Shown: positions 7,037 through 15,960 of the stretch, piece by piece | Numbering within the stretch: position 1 is the first letter of the stretch | Layout of the letters: each line of letters starts with the position of its first letter | DNA from: Opitutales bacterium | GTDB taxonomy: Bacteria > Verrucomicrobiota > Verrucomicrobiia > Opitutales > JABSRG01 | Length of the DNA: 37,435 bases | Assembly: GCA_049599475.1 (NCBI GenBank) | Contig: JBMYOQ010000039.1 | Coordinates: 1-37,435 of the forward strand | Reading direction: 5' to 3' | The notes under the pieces: generated by a model | Seen by the model: the letters and a program-made list of their open reading frames with translations, nothing else | Told to the model about the DNA's origin: nothing | Databases searched by the model: none | Made by a program: the position numbers and the translations under genes

Positions 7037-8380
7037 ATGAGTTTCATGAATTGGAACCCCGATGACACCGATAGATCCATCGATGAGATCCCGGTGAGCG
7101 TGTTAAGTGGCTTCTTGGGTGCAGGGAAGACCACACTGCTTAATCATATATTAGTTGCATCGTCTTCAAGGCGGTATGCGGTCTTGGTGAATGATCTGGG
7201 CGAGGTAAATATTGATGCAGCTCTGATTAAGAGTGAGATTAAGGAGATGGAAGGAGCGATTGGGGGGATGCTCGAGCTGCAAGGTGGATGTATCTGTTGC
7301 ACCATACAGACGGACCTATTGGACGCGTTGCTTGAGCTTTCTCAGAAATTTAAACCGGAACATATTCTGATAGAGGCGACCGGAGTCGCGGAGCCTCGAT
7401 CCATTGTTGAGACCATTTATTCGGTAAATCCATTTGGCAAAAGTGGCACTGACTTTCTTAAGATTGCGAATCTGTTGACAGTCGTCGATGGCGGCAATTT
7501 AGAGCAGTATTTTGAGTCTGATGAAAATACGGGAGTCTCTAAACGGAAGCACTTGCTCAACAACGATCCGCGTCGTCCTCTCCAGGAGCTCCTGATGGAA
7601 CAGGTCGAGTGTGCGGACATATTATTGATCAATAAATCGGATACGTTGAGCGAGGATAACCGGCGTCGATTCAATTCCTATTTAAAGAGCTTAAACGACC
7701 ATGCCGAGATCTGGGAAACCAGTTTTGGCGCGGTCGATGTAGAACGGCTCATGCAGCATGAACGATTCTGTGTGGACAGAACATTGATCGGGGCCAGGTG
7801 GCGGCAGGAAATGTTTGAAAACCTCGATGCGCAGAACGATTCATCAGAGTGTTCCGGACATTCCCATCAAGAGCATTCCTACCATGATCACGGCCACGAT
7901 CACGGCCGCCATCAGGCGCATGACCACGATCATTCGTGTGATCAGCATTCCTGTGGTCACGATCACTCTCATGATGATCACGCTCATCACGATCACAAGG
8001 ATTACGGTCTGGAAACATACGTTTTCAATGCCCGTAGACAGTTTGTTGAATCGAAATTGTTGAAAGTATTTAGGACCGGTCTCGTGGGGGTAATTAGAGC
8101 TAAGGGCTTTTATTGGACAGAGCGCGTCCCTGAGAGAGTTGGACTCTTGTCGCTAGCGGGTAAAATACTTCGGGCGGACTATATGACCGATTGGTTTTAC
8201 GGAATGGTCCGAAATGGAGAAATAAGCTACGAAGAGCTGCCAGAGCTAGTACGCAGTGCTTGGCTTCCTGATTACGGCGACAGAAGGCAGGAGATCGTTT
8301 TTATTGGCATTGATCTCGACCGCGAAGGAATCGAGCGTGCTTTGACGGAGTGCTTTGTGCCCGCGGAAATCGTCAGTTAA
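7037..8380 (+). CDS. COG0523 (CobW/ZigA/YciC-like) G3E GTPase metallochaperone with His-rich insert
   Basis: SGFLGAGKTT, VNDLGE, GCICC, EATG, NKSD, a long His/Asp tract and CobW_C (RAKGF, DRRQEIVFIG). Start probably 7037 or 7046. Confidence 0.92.
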   Translation: MSFMNWNPDDTDRSIDEIPVSVLSGFLGAGKTTLLNHILVASSSRRYAVLVNDLGEVNIDAALIKSEIKEMEGAIGGMLELQGGCICCTIQTDLLDALLELSQKFKPEHILIEATGVAEPRSIVETIYSVNPFGKSGTDFLKIANLLTVVDGGNLEQYFESDENTGVSKRKHLLNNDPRRPLQELLMEQVECADILLINKSDTLSEDNRRRFNSYLKSLNDHAEIWETSFGAVDVERLMQHERFCVDRTLIGARWRQEMFENLDAQNDSSECSGHSHQEHSYHDHGHDHGRHQAHDHDHSCDQHSCGHDHSHDDHAHHDHKDYGLETYVFNARRQFVESKLLKVFRTGLVGVIRAKGFYWTERVPERVGLLSLAGKILRADYMTDWFYGMVRNGEISYEELPELVRSAWLPDYGDRRQEIVFIGIDLDREGIERALTECFVPAEIVS

Positions 8381-8449
8381 ACGGTTTGTTTCTTAGACCT
8401 CTTCGATCTACACCGGTGCGACAACGTTTATGCTACTTGCTCAAGGTAT

Positions 8450-8531
8450 GGTAATGATAGCTCGCCGAGCTATCCGTCAGCTTTTGCGTGAGCGAGATCC
8501 GAAATGGACACTTCGGCGAGGCGTCCCTAGC
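8450..8531. repeat. REPIN-like doublet (two inverted GTAG-type REP hairpins)
   Basis: GGTAATGATAGCTCGCCGAGCTATCC ... GGACACTTCGGCGAGGCGTCCCTAGC between convergent genes. Confidence 0.55.
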
Positions 8532-8569
8532 ACAATTTATTATAGAGGGATTATTCCAACTTCAGAAAT

Positions 8570-9067
8570 CTAGAGCTGAGTCGGGTTTGGAGCATTTCCA
8601 TATATTGCTTTGGGGTCGAAGGCTTTAGATTTTTCGACAAATTGGAGGTTCACGGGTGCGTCCGCTTTTCCTATCGGGACTTCGCGATAGAAGCATGATC
8701 GGTAGCCAACGTGACAGGATGCCTCGTCCCCGCCAGCGGTTGGCTCCGTCAAATCGACTTCTATCACCACACAGTCTTGGTCGTCATCGATGAGCATTCG
8801 TTTCACATGCTGGTACATCCCGGAGCTCTCGCCTTTTTTCCAAAGCGCCTTCCGAGAACGCGACCAATAGTGGGCTAGCCCAGTTTCGATGGTAAGGGTG
8901 AGCGCCTCGGAATTCATAAATCCAAGCATCAACACTTCGCGGGTGGTGGCATGCAAGGTAACGCACGGGAGGACACCCTTGTCATCGAATTTCGGCGCTA
9001 GTTTTCGGCCTTCCTCGACTTGTTCGACACTCTCTCGTTTAGCAAAAAGCGTGGATGATTCGTTCAT
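8570..9067 (-). CDS. hisI: Phosphoribosyl-AMP cyclohydrolase (probable low-zinc paralog)
   Basis: VLMLGFMN, YWSRSRKALWKKGESSG, IDDDQD (canonical DCDxD), SCHVGYRSCFYR. Confidence 0.9.
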   Translation of the reverse strand: MNESSTLFAKRESVEQVEEGRKLAPKFDDKGVLPCVTLHATTREVLMLGFMNSEALTLTIETGLAHYWSRSRKALWKKGESSGMYQHVKRMLIDDDQDCVVIEVDLTEPTAGGDEASCHVGYRSCFYREVPIGKADAPVNLQFVEKSKAFDPKAIYGNAPNPTQL

Positions 9068-9102
9068 CCTGCAACCATTAATACGATCTTCTACAACTCA
9101 AG

Positions 9103-9127
9103 CTTAATGAAAGTTACTTTCATTAAG
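9103..9127. promoter_or_regulatory. Fur/Zur-family operator palindrome
   Basis: Perfect 12-1-12 palindrome CTTAATGAAAGT-T-ACTTTCATTAAG, 35 bp upstream of hisI. Confidence 0.7.
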
Positions 9128-9144
9128 AAGAAGAGGCAGAGCGC

Positions 9145-9453
9145 TTACTTTTTGATTCGGTTATCGAGAATATCGGACCAGGACTTTGCCACGGGGACCG
9201 GATCTACTCCGCTTCCTCCCCATGGATTACAGCGTATGATCCGCTTCAATGAAAGCCATAGACCTCGAACGGCACCATGAATTTTCACGGCCTCTATCGC
9301 GTATTGTGAGCAGGTCGGATAGAACCGGCATCCGAACCCAGGCCCCGCTATGGCATGAAGAATCGGTGACAGCACCAGCTGATATAGTCGAAGAAATCCA
9401 AGAATAATTCTATGGATCCATCCGAGTCTGATTGGCTTAGTCTTGATGCTCAC
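9145..9453 (-). CDS. yidD: YidD-family membrane protein insertion efficiency factor (paralog-like context)
   Basis: [39 protein letters not shown]. Confidence 0.85.
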   Translation of the reverse strand: MSIKTKPIRLGWIHRIILGFLRLYQLVLSPILHAIAGPGFGCRFYPTCSQYAIEAVKIHGAVRGLWLSLKRIIRCNPWGGSGVDPVPVAKSWSDILDNRIKK

Positions 9454-9504
9454 GCGTGGTCATCAAAATACTTGCTCAACGCAAATTGCCAAGAGGGGAC
9501 TGGT

Positions 9505-9990
9505 TCAATCAGAGATTATCTTCTGAATCTGCCGGCCTAACTTTTCTGCCGAGTCTGGACGACTACTTTTATCGAACAGGTTGATTAAAGCCTGCGGTCC
9601 GCCTCGAATGTAGCCTCCGCTGAGGAGTGGGGCGGCGTCGGAATCGAGCAACCACCAGGTCGGGAATGTATCGGCGCTCAATGCCATGCGCAGATTCTCT
9701 TGTGCTGGATCGATGGTCTTAGAAGAGCGCAGATCGCAGGCGATCAACACGCACACTAGGTTTTCTGCTGCATAGCGTTTGAAGGTGTCTCTTTCAAAGA
9801 CCTCTCGCTTGAGACGTTTGCAAGGAGGACAGAGCTCCAAATCTGAGAAAACGAGGAGAATCTGTTTGTTCAGTGTTTTTGCCTGCTCTAGGGCCTGTGT
9901 AGCATCCTTGAGCCAAAGGTCTTCGCCCGTGGCTTTCAGAGATCCTAACATTAGACCTATGGATAGGATACTCCAGCGAAGGCTTACCAT
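9505..9990 (-). CDS. Secreted thioredoxin-fold protein
   Basis: Signal peptide, CPPC motif, FPT cis-Pro loop; overlaps the TBDR stop. Confidence 0.8.
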   Translation of the reverse strand: MVSLRWSILSIGLMLGSLKATGEDLWLKDATQALEQAKTLNKQILLVFSDLELCPPCKRLKREVFERDTFKRYAAENLVCVLIACDLRSSKTIDPAQENLRMALSADTFPTWWLLDSDAAPLLSGGYIRGGPQALINLFDKSSRPDSAEKLGRQIQKIISD

Positions 9991-12104
9991 ACGGCAGTCA
10001 GGCGAATGTAATAGATCCTGGGCTGAGAGGGACCGTAAAAGTAAGTCGGGTCGCGATCTGCGCCGGTGTCGAGAAGATCGTCTTGACGGTCGTCTAGGAT
10101 GTTTTCAATTCCAGCGGCTATTATGAGGTGCTGGGCGCCGAAGACATCATGGAATTCCTTAGAGATTCCCAGATCAATGACGTAGAAGGGATCCGTTTCG
10201 CGCCAGATGTCCGCATCCTCGCCGACTGCGAGCATCTCTCCCGTGTAAGTGAGCAGTGCGTGGGCGTCGAAGAGATCCTCATTGTCATAATTGATTCCTA
10301 GATGGCTCGTCCACTCTGGGCGCTCGATGAATTCATCTGTGCTTAGCCCAGTCACGCGATCAATGGTTTCATCGAAGCGCGCATGAATGTAAGATAAACC
10401 GCTGTCGATGCTCCAGTTGTCATTGATTTGCCAATTCACGTTGTTCTCCCATACGAAGATTTCGGAATCAGGGCCATTCACTCGGAGCCAAGTGTCTGGG
10501 TCGCCCGAGACGTCTCCGCTATCGTCAATTTCAAAGGTATCTTCGAGCATCGTATAGTGCACTTGGGAATGAATGATCACATCCCCTTCGTAGGCCGTAG
10601 GAGTGAATTCGCCTCCGAAACTGAATGTTTGCGAGCTCTCTTCTTTCAGTCCATCGCTATTGAACAGGAAAATTGCACCCCCGTTGGTAACACCGATATG
10701 CTGATCTTCGTTGAAGGCACCGGGTGCATTGAAGCCTGTCGACCAGGATGCTCTCAGAGTCAGTTCATCGTTGGCAAAGTAACGAGCTGCGAGTCGTGGG
10801 GAAAAGATAGTGTCGTCTACATTGTCATGTTCGTCGACCCGAATACCTGGAACGACTTCGAGCTTCTCAGAAATTTCCCATTGGTCCTGAACAAAGGCGC
10901 TCAGATTGCCAAAGCTGTCCTCAGTTGTTGGAATAATTGCGGGTTCGAAGAGCGAACCATCCGTGAGTTCTTCATAGCGATACTGCACACCATAGCTCAA
11001 TGTATGGTCGCCGATCGTATTGTTGAACTGACTCTCAAGGTAGTAGACTTTGTTGTCGGTGAGCCCCCAGATAGTCCGAGCTGTGGCGTCAATGGCAGTC
11101 GCGTTATTAGCGATCCAGGCTTCTGTCACATCGCCTGAGAATCCTGCATTCTCATAGGCGCGCTGGGCGTTGTCTGCGCGGGCCCCGTAGAAACTTTCGC
11201 GGGTGATACCCAGCATGCTCGCACCTAGACTGTAGTTGAAATCTGGAGAGACTTTTTGACTCCATGATACCTGCGCTAGGTGAATCTCGTGCGCGAGTGA
11301 TTCTGCGACTTCTGCGCGTTCCTCTGGCTGGTCGAGCTGATCTCCACCTCGGTGCTCTTGATCCATGTATTGATAATTGAACTTCAGGTCTGAACCGGAG
11401 TTTGGGTGGATCCATGCCTGAGCACCTACAACACTGCTCTCGAACTCTGGAATCTCGGAAAATCCGTCTGTTGTCAGATCAAGTCCTTCGCGATCCTGGA
11501 AGTATGCGTATCCAGTGATGCTGTAAGTGCCGTTTGGATCCACGTAGTCGCCGCGAGCAGAGGCTTCCCAGTTTGTCGCGTCCCCCAAGATGCTTTCGAA
11601 ACCGGCTATGACTTCTATTCCTGATTCGATGGGTTCTTCGGTGATCAGGTTGATCACCCCGGCCATGGCTTCAGGTCCATAGAGAACTGAGCTGCCCCCC
11701 TTGACGACTTCAATGCGATCGATGAAAACTGCCGGAAATAGATCAGCACCATAGACTTTGGCCAATCCGGAGTAGAGAGGAGCCCCGTCAAACAATATCG
11801 CCGTGTAGTCTGTGCTGAGGCCTAGCAGCTGGATTTGATTGAGGCCACAATTTTGGCAGTCGTTCTCGAAGCGCGCGGAAGGAATCAGCTTCAGCGCATC
11901 CTTGAAAGACGAGACATTGTATTCGCTGAGATCTTCTGATGTAAGAAGCTCAGTCTTTACGGGGGCCTCGCTAAGGAGGCGCTCGGTGCGCGTCCCAGTT
12001 ACCACGAATGCGTCGAGGTCTATAACTTCTGTCTCTGTCTGAGCGAATGTGTTTGCGGAAAGCGCGAGCGAAGTGCCGAGCGCAATATGTATATTATTTT
12101 TCAT
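9984..12104 (-). CDS. TonB-dependent receptor (probable metal uptake, CxxC in plug)
   Basis: Signal peptide, VVTGTRTE TonB box region, CQNCG in plug, IDRIEVVKGGSSVLYG, C-terminal W. Confidence 0.92.
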   Translation of the reverse strand: MKNNIHIALGTSLALSANTFAQTETEVIDLDAFVVTGTRTERLLSEAPVKTELLTSEDLSEYNVSSFKDALKLIPSARFENDCQNCGLNQIQLLGLSTDYTAILFDGAPLYSGLAKVYGADLFPAVFIDRIEVVKGGSSVLYGPEAMAGVINLITEEPIESGIEVIAGFESILGDATNWEASARGDYVDPNGTYSITGYAYFQDREGLDLTTDGFSEIPEFESSVVGAQAWIHPNSGSDLKFNYQYMDQEHRGGDQLDQPEERAEVAESLAHEIHLAQVSWSQKVSPDFNYSLGASMLGITRESFYGARADNAQRAYENAGFSGDVTEAWIANNATAIDATARTIWGLTDNKVYYLESQFNNTIGDHTLSYGVQYRYEELTDGSLFEPAIIPTTEDSFGNLSAFVQDQWEISEKLEVVPGIRVDEHDNVDDTIFSPRLAARYFANDELTLRASWSTGFNAPGAFNEDQHIGVTNGGAIFLFNSDGLKEESSQTFSFGGEFTPTAYEGDVIIHSQVHYTMLEDTFEIDDSGDVSGDPDTWLRVNGPDSEIFVWENNVNWQINDNWSIDSGLSYIHARFDETIDRVTGLSTDEFIERPEWTSHLGINYDNEDLFDAHALLTYTGEMLAVGEDADIWRETDPFYVIDLGISKEFHDVFGAQHLIIAAGIENILDDRQDDLLDTGADRDPTYFYGPSQPRIYYIRLTAVW

Positions 12105-12176
12105 AGCATAGCTTTCTTCAGGAAAATGCAGGCAGTCACCTAGGTCTCGCGAGCAGAAGGTAGAGACATAGTTCTT

Positions 12177-12269
12177 AATTGAGACCCAGTTGCATTAGTG
12201 TCGTGGATCGAGTGCAGACCGTGTAGCGATATTTTGTTCAGTCAATCTTTTTGTGACTGAGTCTCATTA
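12177..12269. promoter_or_regulatory. Two Fur/Zur-family boxes upstream of the TonB receptor
   Basis: AATTGAGACC-C-AGTTGCATTA (12177-12197) and TTTTGTGACT-G-AGTCTCATTA (12249-12269); same n-1-n geometry as the 9103 palindrome. Confidence 0.55.
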
Positions 12270-12698
12270 TTGATTAAAAATCAAATTCTTTACATTAGCT
12301 CAGCTTACATAAAACGAGTAGCCGCGGATTCATCCCGACCCGCAGACTCTATTGAGGTGGAGGATGAGAGATATGAAACTGTGATCGAAGCAGGATCAAT
12401 TGTCACCGGCGACTTATTCAGTATAAACCAGTAAAAACACGAAGAGATCGTAAATACCTTTAAGGCAGATTTGTTTGTGATGAAAACTGCATCCTTGGGC
12501 CAAGTGTGCACCTTTAAGGATAAACCGTGGATCGCAATGCAAGGTGGTAGCGAACTGATCCAGGCTGGAGATGCTACTCAGGACAATTGAAAGTATACCC
12601 AATGACAGCAAAACTGGCGGCCTTGTTTACGCTGCATTTTTCGGAATTACTCATCAGCGAGTAATCCCAAGATAGATTTCAATCGGATCGAAAAGGGG

Positions 12699-14012
12699 CT
12701 ACTGGCGTATGGAGGCGGGCTCTTCGGCTTCCATGGGTGCTAGGGACCATGTGTCCATTCGATACGCTTCTGCCGCGGCTTCTACTTCGCGCATCACGCG
12801 AGTGAAATTGCCTCCCCAGAGTTTCGCGATAGCCTCTTTGGAATAGCCGCGACGGACCAGTTCTACAGTGACCTGTCCCATTTCGCTGATATCCATCACT
12901 TCCTGGACACCGCCTCCGCCATCGAAGTCCATTCCGATACCAACATGCTCTATCCCCGCGACAGATACGGCGTGGTCGACGTGGTCGACGAAATCAGCGA
13001 GAGTAGCGCGGGGCTGAGGGGACGCGGCCTCAATTTCTGCTCTGCGGCTCATGGCTGCTTTGCGGCGTTCGGGATCTGTGATCGTCCACCAACGAGGGAA
13101 GTCTTTGTTGAAGGCCTCAGTTGCGGCCTTACGCTCGGGCGATGATTCAGGGAGATCAGCGAGGTAAGCGCTGTATCCATTGATTTGTATTACGCCTCCA
13201 TTTTTCGCCAGTGCTTTGAGCATGTCGTCCTTGAGGTTTCGAGGATGTGAGAAGACGGCATCCACGGACGAATGGCTAGCGATGATCGGAGCCGTCGATA
13301 ATTCGATGGAATCCCAGAAGGTTTCGTCAGAGGTATGCGACACATCCACGAGGATGCCTAGACGGTTCATTTCTTTTACGACTTCCTCGCCGAATGGGCT
13401 GAGTCCTCCGTGTTCAGGGCCTTTCGGATCGGTCGAAGAATCGGCAATATCATTGTTTGTGAAGTGGCAAAGCGTAATGTACCGCACTCCGAGCTCGTAG
13501 AATTCCTGGAGCAAGCCGAGGTCGTTTCCTATTGGATATCCGTTTTCTATTCCTATGTAGATTGCCCGTTTGCCTGTCTTTTCGATTCGATAGGCTGCAT
13601 CGGCGGTAGTAGCCAATTCCACGGTTTCGCTATTCGCGGCAATAGCCTCATGCACTTTGTTGATCATGGCAAAGGCACGTTCCTTGGCTTGTGTATTGCC
13701 TTCTCCATTGCGAGGGCCCTGAGATACGAAACACGCGAAAAAGACTCCGTCCATCCCGCCTTCAATCATTCTCGGAAAATCAACCTGGGCCAGATCGGGA
13801 ACCCATTGGTGACGTTTTGCGACGTCGAATCCGTCCCGCATCATGACCATCGGAGTATCTGCATGAGTGTCGAGTGTGAGAACGCTTTCGTGTATTTCCG
13901 CCGCCTTGCGAGCGAGCTCTAATTCAGAGAGTTCTAGGTCTTGGGCGAGAGGATATCGAGGAGCCAGAAAAAATCCGGCGCAGAGTATGGTCAATTGAAG
14001 ATGTGCGGGCAT
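12699..14012 (-). CDS. Membrane dipeptidase (peptidase M19)
   Basis: DTHAD, GIENG, YITLCH, DVSH, ASHS, HVGIGMDFDGGG, WGGNF; signal peptide. Confidence 0.93.
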   Translation of the reverse strand: MPAHLQLTILCAGFFLAPRYPLAQDLELSELELARKAAEIHESVLTLDTHADTPMVMMRDGFDVAKRHQWVPDLAQVDFPRMIEGGMDGVFFACFVSQGPRNGEGNTQAKERAFAMINKVHEAIAANSETVELATTADAAYRIEKTGKRAIYIGIENGYPIGNDLGLLQEFYELGVRYITLCHFTNNDIADSSTDPKGPEHGGLSPFGEEVVKEMNRLGILVDVSHTSDETFWDSIELSTAPIIASHSSVDAVFSHPRNLKDDMLKALAKNGGVIQINGYSAYLADLPESSPERKAATEAFNKDFPRWWTITDPERRKAAMSRRAEIEAASPQPRATLADFVDHVDHAVSVAGIEHVGIGMDFDGGGGVQEVMDISEMGQVTVELVRRGYSKEAIAKLWGGNFTRVMREVEAAAEAYRMDTWSLAPMEAEEPASIRQ

Positions 14013-14137
14013 CCGTCATATTTCTCGGTGGATGGTCCATGTCAATTGTGAGAAGCTCTTTCGCTCTTCAGTTAAGAAGCCTTATCGAACACCCCGGGAA
14101 AAAGTGTTGGTCGACGCTTGCCGAAATGAAAACGCAG

Positions 14138-14174
14138 AAAAAGCGCCGCCTCTATGTCTGAAGAGAGCGGCGCT
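14138..14174 (-). terminator. Rho-independent terminator downstream of the ThuA-like gene
   Basis: AGCGCCGCCTCT...AGAGAGCGGCGCT hairpin with an A-run on its left. Confidence 0.65.
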
Positions 14175-14203
14175 ATCTAATACTTGTGAAGGAGGGAATA
14201 TCG

Positions 14204-15031
14204 CTACATCGCGAGTCCGTTCTTCGCCGAACCATCTGCATTGATATTGTCTGTTGCCCAAAGGGCGCTGCGGATCAGTAGTTTTTCGAAGTTTTCGTCG
14301 AGCATCTCTTCGCTGGTGTGCCCAATTGAAAGGGAGATGATTCGTGTCTTATCTGGGCCGTATTCGTTCGTCCAAACAATCGCGAGTTCAGGAGTGCGTT
14401 TATCCCTGATCGTTTGAGCACCTTTGGCGAGTACTGTAGCTGTATCAAAAATTTGGATGTTATTATACAGCTCACCTACGGGTGTGGTCCAATCCTCGAG
14501 GCCTGTGATGACTGGATGCTCAACGTTTTCGTATGTCACGTCAACGGGAGCGCGTGGGCCATGGCCAGATGATTGAAGGCCGATCATTTCAAACCACTTT
14601 GCATTGTCCGCACCGAGCTCTACTGGGTTTTTGAAATCGCCTCTTCTATAGCTGTGCATCGCGCAATGGATGTTTATTGCAGGAACTCCCTTCAGGTGCG
14701 CATTTAGGACGCGTTCGATGTATTCTAAGTCACTTACCCGAGCACTGCATTCGTTGTGGATAATTAGGTCATAGAATTCTGCCCAGTCATCACTCTCATA
14801 CTCGGCGAATGTTGCATTTGGTTTTTTTGTGGAGCCGTGTGCGATAGTGACCTCAGCTTTCAGTGAAGATTCTATGAGGTTCTTGATAACCAGTCCCTGT
14901 TCGTCGTAATCGTGACAGCACCCCCCATTGACTAGTAGGATGTTCAGTTTTGTTTCTGCCTGAGCGTTCGAAAAGGCAGCGAAAACTGCGAAAGCTAGAA
15001 GAGCGCGTTGGAGGGGGAGTAGAAGTTTCAT
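14204..15031 (-). CDS. Secreted ThuA-domain (class I GATase-like) protein
   Basis: Signal peptide, GGCCHDY, IHCAMHSYR, HPVITGL, GELYN, WTNEYG, SIGH. Confidence 0.85.
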   Translation of the reverse strand: MKLLLPLQRALLAFAVFAAFSNAQAETKLNILLVNGGCCHDYDEQGLVIKNLIESSLKAEVTIAHGSTKKPNATFAEYESDDWAEFYDLIIHNECSARVSDLEYIERVLNAHLKGVPAINIHCAMHSYRRGDFKNPVELGADNAKWFEMIGLQSSGHGPRAPVDVTYENVEHPVITGLEDWTTPVGELYNNIQIFDTATVLAKGAQTIRDKRTPELAIVWTNEYGPDKTRIISLSIGHTSEEMLDENFEKLLIRSALWATDNINADGSAKNGLAM

Positions 15032-15265
15032 GACTGTAAAACGGGGTTAAGGATGATTGCATTAAGGCCGGTTTTTACGGTATACATAATATCACTTTGC
15101 CTTCGTTGTTAATTGGAGATTTTACGCAAGCTTGTGCATGTTTTAAGCATTCGCTCTTTTATCAGTGTTATGATAGAATCTTTGTTCTACGCGATTGCGT
15201 AGTGTGTCGGGTCTTACTGATTGGACCTGTAAAACAAACGCGAGAGAGCCGATAGTTTGGCTACT

Positions 15266-15901
15266 CTACTGATAGGAGATACGATATGCGCAGCGGGTGT
15301 CTCCGGCCATGAGGTGCTCTACACGTTCTACTGTATTTTCTGGAAAAAGGGCTGAGAAGACCTCAAGCTCGCTGGTGCAAAGGCCCAGGCAGTTTTGGGC
15401 GGCGGAGCAGATGGCGCAGTGGCGCTCGATCAAGAGAAGGTCGGATCCGTCTTCTTCGACAACTGCCATGTAGCCTTCCTGAGTTCGGATATCGGCGAGC
15501 TTTTCCACGCGTTGCTTTAATGTCGAAGTCGATGCTAAGGATTCTTGGTATCCATCGACTTGTTCTCGGGTGCGTGTTTGAAGGAGTTTTTTGACGCCTT
15601 TGTCTCCGAACGCTGATCGGATCTGAGAGATCAACGAGACTGAAAGTTCGGCGTGAGCATCCGGGAAAATACGGTTTGCCGCTTCAGTGAGTTTCCAGAT
15701 CTTCTCGGGGCGTCCTCTTCCAGAGGCTTGTTCAGAGACATCGACTAAGCCTTCGGATGTTGCCGAGTGAAGGTGCTTGAGTGTGCCCATTTTGCTTAAG
15801 CCGAGTCTCTGGGCGAGCTGATCAGCGGTAGATGGCCCATGCTCTTTCAGGAGGCGAAAGAGGTTTCGGCGAGTTACAGTCATGCGGCCATCTTGTGTCA
15901 T
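15266..15901 (-). CDS. SufR-like (COG2345) Fe-S-binding HTH transcriptional regulator
   Basis: N-terminal wHTH with GRGRP, EGYMA, ERHCAIC...LCTSEL...CAY Cys pattern. Confidence 0.85.
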   Translation of the reverse strand: MTQDGRMTVTRRNLFRLLKEHGPSTADQLAQRLGLSKMGTLKHLHSATSEGLVDVSEQASGRGRPEKIWKLTEAANRIFPDAHAELSVSLISQIRSAFGDKGVKKLLQTRTREQVDGYQESLASTSTLKQRVEKLADIRTQEGYMAVVEEDGSDLLLIERHCAICSAAQNCLGLCTSELEVFSALFPENTVERVEHLMAGDTRCAYRISYQ

Positions 15902-15923
15902 TTTTAAATAAATAAATATAAAG

Positions 15924-15956
15924 GTTTACAAAATCAAATCTTAATGTTTTGTAAAC
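15924..15956. promoter_or_regulatory. Putative operator of the SufR-like regulator
   Basis: Perfect 10-bp inverted repeat GTTTACAAAA-N13-TTTTGTAAAC in the 59-bp divergent spacer. Confidence 0.65.
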
Positions 15957-15960
15957 GCTT

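Noticed and set aside
7850..7997. CATGAT/CACGAT-rich low-complexity repeat
   Set aside because: Explained by the His/Asp tract of the COG0523 protein.
10428..11138. Long antisense ORFs (also 22941-23561, 24404-25057, 13410-13922, 18566-19114)
   Set aside because: Shadow frames opposite well-supported genes, with no motifs.
12305..12611. Small His/Cys-containing minus-strand ORFs upstream of the TBDR
   Set aside because: Two short overlapping frames with no recognisable family; possibly a decayed gene but unsupported.
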